From: Guillardia theta CCMP2712
Lineage: Eukaryota; Protista; Cryptophyta
Reading direction: 5' to 3'
NCBI RefSeq assembly: GCF_000315625.1
Contig: NW_005434465.1
Coordinates: 8,596-72,595 of the forward strand
Length of the DNA: 64,000 bases
Below are positions 37,582-50,335 of this stretch, one piece after another. Position numbers and translations under genes: made by a program. The notes beneath the pieces are model-generated. The model was not told the origin of the DNA. It did no database searches and was given only the letters and a program-made list of their open reading frames with translations. Position 1 is the first letter of the stretch. Each line of letters opens with the position of its first letter.

Positions 37582-38295
37582 GGCTGAAGTGACCCAGCTC
37601 GTTTGATCTGCTCGGCTGTTTCGCTTGTTAATGACGCGGCAGATAAGATTAGATAGGCTGATCCGCGTGACAGTAAGGCTCGGAAACCAGTTCCAGACCT
37701 CAGGCTGCTGCCTTACCAGTCATTGAGTCTGCTCTGCTGTGCGGCCACGAGTCAGTCGAAAGTTTTTAACGTTTTCTCTCCGTCTTTTTCCTTATCTGAG
37801 GCTTTTCTTTCTTTTGTATCTTCTGCTCTGATCAACTTCTCCTCTTCTCGTCTCTCAGATCTCTCCTGTCCTGTCTGTTCTCCTCTCCTCTCCCCTCCTC
37901 TCCTCTCCTTGTCTCAGGCTCCTCTCCTCTCCTCTCCTCTCCTCTCCTCTCCTCTCCTCTCCTCTCCTCTCCTCTCCTCTCCTCTCCTCTCCTCTCCTTG
38001 TCTCTCCTCGCCTTTCACGAAATTCAAATCATTGGCAGGCCAAGTTGTCAAAAGGATGACCCGGACTTTTTTTTTATAAGTATTTGCAAATTTCAAATTT
38101 TCATTCGTCCGCGCGATCCTTATCTTCAGCGACCTCACTATCAATTTCCAGTATCTACCTAGGACACTGCTAGCACCTCTCTCTACGACCCCTCTGTATC
38201 AAGATAGTCACTGGTACTCTTTCTGACAGGGTAGGTAGTGGACATACCCCCTCTATGATTTCCTACGGAAAGGGAGGGGTGGGGTACATGTCTAA

Positions 38296-38677
38296 GGCCC
38301 GTTTCCCGCCGGCTCCCAGATTCCAGATTCCAGATTTTTTCATACAAATATAAGTCAAATTCTTTTTTTTCTACTCCAAATGTTTTGGAGAACTCAACTA
38401 TAAGTCATTTTAATTTGAGAATGAAACGATGCGGTTGACTTTCCCAGATTTTGCTTTTCGAATGGGCAGGCACTATATGGAAATATACTATTAGCTCAAT
38501 CGAGAAAAATTGTTAGAAGGTAGGGAGGGTACGCTGGGAGCATCAAATATGAACAGGCAGTGGACCCACCCCCTGTCAGTATGTATTGAAAGCACCGGTG
38601 AATATTTCGGGGTAAATTTCAAATTAGTTTGAATAAAGTCAAAAATCTGGAATCTGGGAGCCGGCGGGAAACGGGCC
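38296..38677. mobile_element. PIF/Harbinger (Tourist-like) MITE, 382 bp
   Basis: TIRs GGCCCGTTTCCCGCCGGCTCCCAGATTCCAGATT (from 38296) and its reverse complement ending at 38677; TAA on both flanks (38293-38295, 38678-38680); AT-rich non-coding interior. Confidence 0.9.
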
Positions 38678-39033
38678 TAAGATAGATATGGGATGGGTGG
38701 GGCTGAAAAGGAAAAACAAGGGGAAAGAGGGAAGAGAGGGAAGGGAAGGGAGGAAGAGGAGAAGAGGAGGGAGAGGAGGGAGAGGAGGGAGAGTTATGAG
38801 ATAGGGAGGATATGGACAGAGAGGAACGGATGGTTGAGAGTAGCGGCAGGCGCGCCAAGTGCTTGTAGATATCAAGTGTTGATATCATGATTCTTAACCA
38901 AGGATTCGCAGGTGGAGCGTGAACGATGTACTCCCCAGCACCTCCTCCTCCCGGTAGCCCACAATCTGTCCTTCTGCTTTTGCTGCGCTGACTCATTCCC
39001 TGCCTTGTAGATCCCAAGAGGAAGGAGCAGAAC

Positions 39034-40551
39034 ATGCTGCTCGGGTTCCTCCTCCTCATCTTCCTCATCGCTTTCCCTGCGCTCGTGGTCGCTGTGGTAG
39101 GCTCCCCTGCTTCAAACCCTTGAAGGCAGTGAACATGATCGCTGGTGCAGGTCGCGTTCACTAGGATACCAGGAGATGACTGCGCTCTCAACGTAACGAC
39201 CCCAGTGACCCAGACGGCACATGCGATCCACTGGTAGGAAGAGCTTCTGTTCCTGTTTCGCCTCCCTCTCATCCCTCTGCTCCTGCTCTCATCTCACTTT
39301 TTGTAGGGACTACTCGCCTGAGCATGGGCCCGAGCACTGGGCGTCGCTGACTCCTGACTACGCTACCTGCGGCTCCGGCAAGCTGCAGGTCTTCTGCGCG
39401 TTCCTCTCCGTCTGCGGGCTCTCATGCCTTGCAGTCGCCGATCAACCTGCGCACAAGCGTCGGCCCCAAGTATGAGCTTGGAAGGACCCTGAAGAACATC
39501 AGCATGAACAACTTTCAGGTCTCCTCGTCGCTTCTTGCTCAGGCTGGTGATCTAACGGGCTGCACGAGCAGGACGTGAGCACCCTCGTCAAGAACTCCTT
39601 CTCCAACTTGGTTACAGTCGTCCACAACGGACACACAGTGCAGACGAGTGGAGTGAAGGGATACTTCCAGTACGACAGCACTTGGTTCGAGCTGCTCCAG
39701 TTTCACTTCCACACTCCCAGCGAGCATCAGGTCAGGCCTCCGGACGGTGCTGCGGCTGCTGACGAGTTGAAAGCTGGATGATAATCTGCAACAAGCAGAG
39801 ATTCACTTCGTGCACAAGGTATGATCGAGCGGTAGCTTGCTGGGTGAGCTCAAGAAGGATGCAGAGTCAATCAAACAACTACTTGGTGATCGGCGTCTTT
39901 GTCGAAACAGCAGACGAGAACCCCGAGTACTTCAAGGAGGTAGGGAGACCTGTTGCTCGACTCACCTGACTGACTTCCTGCAGCTCCTTGCTGACTTTCC
40001 CAAGTCTGAGGAAGAGGCAGCGGCTATCGTTCACTTCAACTACACGCAGGTGAACAGCTCTTGATGATTCTTCTGCCCCATCCCTCACCCCTGGCTGCCC
40101 TGAATGCTTCTCTGCAGCTTCTGCAAGATGTTGTGGGCGACAACGCCAACTACTGGATGTACAGTGGGAGGTGAGGGAAGAGGAGGAGGAGGAGGAGGAG
40201 GAGGAGGAGGAGGAGGAGGAGGAGGAGGAGGAGGAGGAGGAGGAGGAGGAGGAGGAGGAGGAGGAGGAGGAGGCGGTCCATGACATTGCGAGCAGCTTCA
40301 CTACACCTAACTGTCAGGAGGGAGTGACATGGATCGTGATGAACAAAAAGGTGAAGATGACTGCTAAGGTAAGGCCCCTCCTTCCCTCCTGCCCCTCTCA
40401 TTCCTTGTCAAAGGACATCGGTGCGCTTAGAAATGCGATGGGCAAGAACAACCGACCGATCCAGCCTCTGAATGAGAGGTACTCTCCTGCTCATCTCGTC
40501 GTCGTCTTACCGTTCCGCAGGACTGTCCACATGAAATCTCTTCCCATCTGA
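39034..40551 (+). CDS. Alpha-carbonic anhydrase with signal peptide, multi-exon
   Basis: MLLGFLLLIFLIAFPALV; WDY..EHGPEHW...CGSGKLQ|SPINL; Zn ligands QFHFHTPSEH and EIHFVH; SFTTPNCQEGVTWIV; NNRPIQPLNER. Confidence 0.95.
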
Positions 40552-41090
40552 TCAAGATTGCGGGAAAACATTCTGAGTTCGTTCCTGAGGAGAACTCAGC
40601 CGCCAGATAAGTGGCAGCGTTAGCAGCAGCTTGTCATGCAATGGGGCTCAAGGAGAAGGGGGCAGGAGGTTGGAGAAGATTAACACCAAATGAATTCAAC
40701 ATGCTGTCAGTGCAGGCCTTGTTCGTCAGCAACACACAGGCATGACCTCACAGGGATAAATGACCAGAGAGAAAATGAGAGAAGCAACCAGAGGTAGCAA
40801 TCACAAACAAAATGAAAATTCAAGTTGCGCACTGCTTCGCACATCCCTAGCCAAATCTGTCTCTTGCTACTTGTAGAGTGGGGGCAGGGACAAGGCACAA
40901 TAAGTCGCTAAGGAGAGTACATCACAAGCATGAGCCTTGAACCTGGAAAAAGAGATCTTGATCAGAACACGCCTCTCGCTGCTGTCGACCATCATCACTC
41001 TCAAAGAATTCTCGTTATTTCACAAGGAGAAGCACGAAGCAGGAGTCGAAGTTTCACTCACGAAACTTGTTGAGCTGAGCGTCACTGAGC

Positions 41091-41678
41091 TCAGAGGGGA
41101 ACGTACGGCCCGAAGCTGACGGCATCCACAGGCACATCCCCTCGTGGAAGTGACCCTCTGTAGGTAGCCACGAACTTGTCCTCGCTGGGATACTTGATGC
41201 TGATTCTCTTCTGGATCTGACGGAGTTGCTCCCGTCTGGTAGCGCCGGCAGCATCGATATGATCCCTAGAGTGAGCCATATGCTTCTGCGACATCATCAC
41301 ATGGTGTGGGGCATGCACATGGACAGGCATTGCAGTGCTTCGTTCAGCAAGCGACTGTTCTCTCGCATGCCTCCGAGCCGCAAGCTGCCTGGGGCCCAGG
41401 AGACCGTCTGTGGCCAAATCGACGTTCCTCTTTCTCTGAAAGTCACCATTCATTGCAGCCTTGAAGAAGTCAGAGAGCGAAGAGTCCGCTCGCAGCGCCA
41501 CATGGTGCCTAGCGCTCCCACGCACTCTCCCTCTCCTTACTTCCTGCTCTAACTCAGTCCAGCCCCTCGAGTTCTTGCCCTCTGCATCTCCTGATGCAAA
41601 AATTGAGCTTCTGGTCATCACCAGCGCTGCCATCGTCATCACAACCGCCGCCACCGCCGCTACCAGCTTCCACGCCAT
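41091..41678 (-). CDS. Hypothetical protein with N-terminal signal/TM segment
   Basis: ORF MAWKLVAAVAAVVMTMAALVM...FGPYVPL*; no recognised domain. Confidence 0.55.
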   Translation of the reverse strand: MAWKLVAAVAAVVMTMAALVMTRSSIFASGDAEGKNSRGWTELEQEVRRGRVRGSARHHVALRADSSLSDFFKAAMNGDFQRKRNVDLATDGLLGPRQLAARRHAREQSLAERSTAMPVHVHAPHHVMMSQKHMAHSRDHIDAAGATRREQLRQIQKRISIKYPSEDKFVATYRGSLPRGDVPVDAVSFGPYVPL

Positions 41679-41715
41679 GGCAGCCCGCAGTCCAGACAAT
41701 TTGCCTCCTCGACTA

Positions 41716-43135
41716 GGGGTACTCTGTGGTCTGTAAGGGTAGGGGTATAGTAATATACCCTTTTTTCCGGGATATTAAGTATGATAATAAGGGTGGGGGT
41801 AGTAAGATAAGGGGTACTCGACCATGCGGTAGAAGTTATTTGTGGGGTGGGGACAGACTGGATGCGAAGAGACACGAAACTGAAAATAACGGTTTTATAG
41901 ATCCTAGGACAATACTAGAACCAATAGGTCATATCGCTTCGATTGATTATTTTTAAAATATTCGCCGGAATTTTCCCCTCATACGTCCTGCGATTCAAAC
42001 ATATGGGCCTGAGAGGGGATGGGACACTCCTAATACCACCCACCCTATCCCAATAGTACCCACCCATACCCATGAATCCGGAATTCACAGACCCCACCCT
42101 ACATCAGAGTTTCAGTTCTTGAAGACTACCCCTAGCTTGCACTTGTTTATTCCATCTTTACATTTTATACCACCCACCCTTGATTTGAACCCACACCGTC
42201 AAGACAAAGTCCTGGACCCCTACCCCAATCTCGTGAGGGACCCCTGCGTAGAGTGGTGGTCACCCACGGGAAAAGAACACCCCTTGGTGGTTACTGTGAA
42301 ACGGTTACGACCCCTCCTTCCTCAACTTCTCAGTACCCCTCCTGCCTCAACTTATCAGTCACCCACCCCACCTCACTACCGACCTGCTCACCTTCCCTTT
42401 GACCACCCGTCCCTTTATATCCATTTTCACCCGTGCCGCTAGACCTTCCGATGTATTATTGACCCCACCTCTCCCATCAATTTCATAATTTGACCACCCT
42501 ACCCCTCCATACCTACACGGGCCCCCACTGATGAACCACTTCCGGCCTCTACATTTTTGACACCCTACCCCCTGCAGCCTAGATTGACCTACCCCAGTTT
42601 ACAACAACAACCTACCCCACCCCAGCATTCTGAACTTCAGGCCCATCTACGCCTTTCTATACACCACCCTCTCAATCCCCTGAAAACTACCCACCCATCT
42701 CATGCGACCATTCTCGCACTGTGAGATGACAATTTCCAGTGATCGCCCCACCCCTATTACTACCTATCTACCCACCCTTTACCCAGTTCTGAGGTACCCC
42801 ACCCCATATTTACCTATCATTCCTTCCGATTTGATAGTGTAGGACCACTACCCACACGTTCAACTTGAACAGGACCCACCCTGCTCATTTCCTGTACCCC
42901 ACTCCACCAGTCACACCACCCCTCCTTACCTGAACTTCACATATCACCCTACCATAAAAATGAAGCACCCTTCTGTTATAAAAGATACCCCTCCGTTGTA
43001 GACCCCTACCTACATTGTATCCGATAAGTACCCCTCGTCTTGACAATTACTCCTAAGGCAATCACCCTCCCTACAAAATGACCACCCCTCATGACCCCAC
43101 CCATCCATGGGTACCTACCACCCCCCGTGTCAGTT
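41716..43135. repeat. TACCC/CACCC-motif-rich non-coding tract between divergent genes
   Basis: Dozens of CTACCC/CCACCC/GACCC motifs without strict periodicity. Confidence 0.6.
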
Positions 43136-43709
43136 CGCCTCAGCCCCTGGAGTTGGGACGCTAACCGTCCATGGCACAACGAGAGCGGGGGAGTGATAGA
43201 GCAGGACAAGACAAGAAGAGGGAGAGGGGGGGGGGGGGGGAAGTAACCTCTGTGTGGGAGAGAAACAACCAAGAGAATGGCTTGGTGCTTGTAACGAAGA
43301 AATCGAGCAGCGCTGATGAAATTGTGAACCCTTCCGATTCGATTCTGCGTAGTGGCCACTGTGTGAATCCCAAACAAGCATCAGTAGCCCACAGTTCGAA
43401 TACAGAAGTGAGATGCAGCCGCATCACAAGATATGATATTGTTCATGGGCTGGGAGCGCCAGTAGGGTTGGCTGCGTCTTGATTTCGACGAGAAAAATTG
43501 ATTTCACAGTCGTACTATCGTTGTTACAAAGCTTGTTGAGAAATTTCTGATGAATATTGATCTGTGAACAAACAGAGTTGTTAGTCACAAGAGATTGTTG
43601 ATACTTAAATCGTTTTGAAGACTTCCAATTTTTGGATACTGTTTGAATTGTGTAGCAGGACAACATAGCTGACGTATCGTGAACAGAATTTGCGTTTTCG
43701 TCCAGAACC

Positions 43710-45298
<1,589 letters not shown>

Positions 45299-45475
45299 AG
45301 GAGGAGGAGGGTTGTAAGTGTGAAGGGGTGGGGTCGGGGAGGGCGGGGGTGGGAGGAGGAGAGAGCGTAGAGGAGGGGGGAGGCTTAAGGCGCTGTTATG
45401 TCATTTTCCATGCCAAACATCATAATTGTAATACAAATCTAAAACAAGCATTCCTACGCCTCCCTCTCCTCCTTG

Positions 45476-47560
45476 TTACGCCAGCGCGAAGCCCTTGGCC
45501 CGTCTCATGAGCAGGATGAGTGCGAGGGAGCGGAAGAAGACGAAGATGCCGATGAGGACAAGGCCATACACCCACCAGTCTCCGGGCTTGATGTCGTTCT
45601 GCGTGATGACGGACATGCAGCTGGCGTGCTGGCTGGAGCTCTCGGGGCAGCCCAAGTTGAACTCGTTGAGGAGGAAGAGGTTGATGCCGAACTTAAGGGA
45701 GCAGAGGTACTGAGCCCAACGGATCCACACGGGAATCTGTTGGATCTTGATGAAGAAGCCCGCAAACAAGATCTGAGGCACGAAGATGGCTGGAGCCGCC
45801 TGCATGGCCACCTGCACGTTGCTTGCGATGCAGCCAGCGACGAGGGCGGTGGAGGAGGCGGCCATGCCGATGAGCCACAGGGTGAGGACGTGGAGGATGA
45901 AGTTGCCCTTGAGGGCTTCGAGCCAGTAGGCGACAAGGAAGGTGATGATGCTGGTCGAGAACGTCAACGGCAGCTCCGTCACGAGCTTCGACCAGAAGTA
46001 GGGGATCGCCCCGTATGTGCCCGTCGCGTACTCGCGGAGAAACCTGGGGCGCTCGGAGGGGAAGAGGAGGATGACAGGCTGGGAGGCTCCGAACATGCCG
46101 CTGATGGCGAGGTTGGCGAGAGCTCCGAAGTGAGACTGCGTGTCCGTCGAGTCTCCGATCTTGTAGAAGATGAGAGAGAAGATGAGAGTCAGCATGATGG
46201 TCGAGCCGTATCTCGCCTTCAGTGACCCAGTGTCTCGTAGCACGCTCTGTATGTCTCTCTTGCCCAGCGCTATGAACTGAACCGTCCATGGCGCTTGGCT
46301 TCGCTTCAGTTTGTGCAGTGGCATGCCTCCCCTTCCGGCCTCACTCTGAGCCTGAGCGTGGGGGTTGAAGCCCTTCCTGGCGACCTCGAACTGGTCGCTG
46401 ATACCCTGCAGCACCTGCTTATCCAGCGTCTGCATCAGGAACATCACGTGGTCCGCCGGGTTCGTCTCAGGCGGCACGGGGTAGCCGCAGGTGAGCAGGT
46501 ACTGCGCCATGTGGTCGACCCGCCCATCGAAGAAGGTCCTGCCGTCAGCGAGGAGGAGGACGCGGTCGAAGAGGTGGAAGACTTCCGAGGAGGGCTGGTG
46601 GATGGTGCAGAGGACGGTGCAGCCAAGAGACGCGAGATCCTTGAGCGCGTTCACCACGTTGAAGGCAGCGTACGAGTCGAGGCCTGAGGTGGGCTCGTCG
46701 AGGAAGAGGATGGACGGGGAGGTGATGAGCTCGACGCCGATGCTCGTTCTCCTGCAGTCTTGTCAACAAACGTTGAGCGCTCCTCCGACACTCTGACGGG
46801 ACGGAGACGAGGAGAAGAGGAGGTAGAGAGGAGAGGGAGGGGGAGGAGGAGGAGGAGGGCGTCACCTCTTCTCGCCGCCTGAGATGCCCTTGATCAGCTC
46901 GTTTCCTATCATCGTGTCCGCGCACTTCTCCAGGTGGAGGATCTGAATCACGTCCTCCACCATCCGCTCTCGCTCCTCTCGCGACACCGAGGACGGCAGC
47001 CTCAGCCTCGCGCTGAACTCCAGCGCCTCTCGCGGCGTCGCCGTCGGGCACAGCGTGTCCTCCTGGGTCACGTAGGCGATGTTGGGGCCGAGTTGGTCGG
47101 CATGGATCGCGTTCCCGTTGATGGAGAACTTGGAGGTCACAACATGCCCGTTCATCGACATGATCCTCCCGCTCAGCACGTTGAGCAGCGACGTCTTGCC
47201 GCTACCGCTCGCTCCCATGATAGCGATCACCTCCCCTGGGTGCGCGACCCCCGAGAGATTCTTGAGCACGCGCGGGTCCTTGTGAGACTTGGCGACGGTC
47301 TTGGGGGACAAGGTGAAGTTGACGCCCGACCAGGCGAAGTGAGCTTTGTTCCCGACCCGGAGCGAGCTTCCTCTCAGGGACCGGCTGCTCGCTGAGTTCA
47401 TGTGCGTCAACTGCTGCTTGCTCACGGCAGGAGCAGCGTGCTGCCCCTTGCTGGGCTGCTCCTCCAGGGAGTACTCGAGGGGATGGACGGAGAATCCTCG
47501 GATGCCGTTGTCAGCGTTGGCGACCTGCGGGTAGAAGGAGCTCATGTGTCCTTCCTCCAT
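45476..47560 (-). CDS. ABCG (White-type) half transporter; one intron ~46753-46865
   Basis: Walker A GASGSGKTS, YVTQED, signature ISGGEKR, FLDEPTSGLDS, TIHQPS, NPAD, then TM domain (ERPRFLRE..G.Y; FAGFF). Confidence 0.96.
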
Positions 47561-48589
47561 GCTGCACAGAAACCAGTCAAGACGGCAGAGCTAGTGGACG
47601 AGAGGGGAAGGAAATAGAAAACATACAACATGAAACATACAACATGAAACATTACAACATATCTTGACTCTGTTATCTCAAGTGGCACCTCAGGTGAAGG
47701 CATGACTCTCAAACTACCATCCTCATCTTTCAGCTTCCTCATGAATCTAATCTATACCAATCGTCAATAATTTCCTGCATCGGCTGATAAATAGCGTTGT
47801 CTATGAAGCTACAACTGCGTCTGACCCTTCCCTTGGCTCTCCTGCTCCTCATGTTCTATTTCTCATACCTTTGCTCTCGTCCCTTTCCTCCTTGAAACTT
47901 GTCTTTGTTCTCTTGCTCATGCCTCTGACTTCTTCATTCTTCTTTTCTACGGTTCTCGTCTTTGCTATCCCATCTCCTCTCCGCTCCCTCCTCCTCTCTC
48001 CCTCTCTCTCCTCCTCTCCTCCTCTCTTGCTCTGTCCGCTTGCTGTCTGCATTCCATCGCTTCGTTCATTGCAATTGTGCGATACACCAAGCTCAGATAC
48101 TACCCTACCCTCAACCTTCGAGTCCCTACAAAATCTCCCACTACCCCTTCTTTGAGCGTACAATACCCCCTTTATTAGATGGTCTTTTCATCTCTGATCA
48201 CCCTCACTCCCTCTCAACCACAGGAAGTACCCCACCCCCACCCTCCTCTCGACCTTCAAAGCCTTCGCGCACTTCAGGCTTCGAATTTCCTCTTGTATGT
48301 CCAAAGAGTGTCCAACCACCCCACCCCCTCTACACCCTATTAAGTCTGGAACCCACCCACCCTGGTGACAACCAGGGCCTCCTCCACGTGTTGTTTTGAA
48401 AGTACCGCACACACACGGTACCCCCGAGTGATCAGTGACTACCCTACCTGTTGACTCTATCTTCACCGGTGGTATCCAATGATGAACGGAGATATCCCGG
48501 CATACACCGGAGCATAGGGTGGGGTCAATGAGATGGCCGGGGGGTGGGGTACTCAGTGGTCAGTAGGGTGATGCCAGGGTGCTAACACG

Positions 48590-50335
48590 TTGCAAGCCTG
48601 CGGGACCGACCCGACCAGTCACTACCGGTACTGTATGACGTCGAGTACCCCACCACCTCTCACACTCAACTTCCAAGTTGGAACTTGGACCGGTGGTACT
48701 ACCCTACTAGGCCCGCCAGGACTTCCCCCCTGCCGGGATCTCCCTGGGTCACGTGACAGTGACTGCACTGATCAGTGTCAGGGTCAAGCCTCCTTGTCTC
48801 TCCTGATTGTCCTCGTACTGATTTTTAACTTAACTTTGAGTAAATGATCGCACTGATCTGCCTCCTACCCTCCTGATTGTCCCGGTCCACGTACTGATTT
48901 TTAACTTGACTAAGTTGCCAGTAAACTCAGTACTACCGTACGTAGACCAGCCTCAGTCCGGCACCCCGTGCCCGGCACTGGTTGAACTTGAAACTTCGCG
49001 GCCCGATCGGCATACCGGGGCCGTACGGTCTGCGGCGGCCGCCCGGCCCGGCCCAGGGTTAGAGGCTAGTAGTGACACCATCATCGGACTGAGGCTTCCG
49101 GCTGCCGGGCCCGCCGCGCCCCTCAACGTGGCTCGGGAGTCGGCGTCACGCGGACTTGGCGCAGACCGGGTGCCGCGCAGTGCCGCCGCAATCATGGCAT
49201 CATACTATGATGATCAGTGATGCGGCCCAGGCTGCCGCCGCGAGTCCGGACCGTCTGAGTCCGAGTCTCAGAGTCTCCGAGGCTCAGTCAGAGTCACAGG
49301 CTGGCCTGAGGGCCGGTCACCCCGGTGGCCCCCGGGCGGCCGGGCGTCACGGCGTTGCCGCCTCAGGCTCCGGGGCCGCCGCACTGATCGGAGTCCGATC
49401 CGGACTCGGATCGGACTCCGGCTTCCGCTGGGCAGCCCGGCACTTGACCGCGCTGAGGCCCGGGCCGCGGGAGGCTCCGAGTTACTGACCGTTCGGTCAC
49501 GGTGGGCCCCGGCGGGCCCCGCCGGACTCGGCCCGGATCAAAATCATCGGCGGGCGAGGGATGATAATCCGAGCCTTCACGGTTCAACGGTTTACTAACT
49601 TGCTGAGTCGAAATTCGCACGGTCAGTTGGCACTTCCAGGCTCACTCAGAGGCGGGGGCCGCTCCGGGTTCAGAGTCCTCGAAACCGCGTTCAACATGGC
49701 ACGCCAGAAGTTCAGGCCCTACCGTATAGTACCACGGTCGCACTGTCACCGGGCAGGCTCGGCGAACTTGGGCGCGGCGACTGAGCCGTAGTATAATTAA
49801 TTTACTAAGCTCGGCCCGGGAGTCACAGTCACTGGCAAGCCTTCCGAACGGTTCGCCTGGCCGGGCAGCCGCGGAGTCAAGTTGCCTCCGCCGGGGCGGA
49901 AACCGTACGCCGGGTACTACGTCCTGGCCCGGGCCCTCACTCAGGCTCGGCGCCGGGCCGCTGGCAGCTCGCCTCGGCGGCGGTGACTCTCGCATCCGTC
50001 GGATCAGCCTCAGTACGCCGGGCTTCAGTGCCGCACCGCCTGGCGGGGCACCGTACTGTACGGCAGCCAGTGTCACATCCGGGACCGGACTCCGCCGCAT
50101 GACTCGTGATGGCCCGCCCCCGACGGTGACTCGGCGGACTCCGAGGCTTGCCGCGGCGCGCGCGGCGCCGCCGGCGGCCTCCGACTGAGTCGCCGCGCCC
50201 CTCCGCCGCCCCCCGGGCCGCCACGTGGCCGCCGCACCGGGACCGACCGCCCGCCCGCCTGACGGACCGCAGGCTCACAGAGTCACGCGGCCGGCCGCGC
50301 CGTGTCAGCGCCTGCCCGGCGCTCGGACCGTACGG
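48590..50335. repeat. GC-rich, palindrome/GACTC-GAGTC-rich non-coding mosaic tract
   Basis: Dense CCGG, GGCC, CGTACG, CCGCGG and GAGTC/GACTC words with local micro-duplications; similar tracts at 14850-15040 and 27205-27640. Confidence 0.55.

Noticed and set aside
45473-46225. 250-aa + strand ORF
   Set aside because: Antisense shadow of the ABCG transporter.
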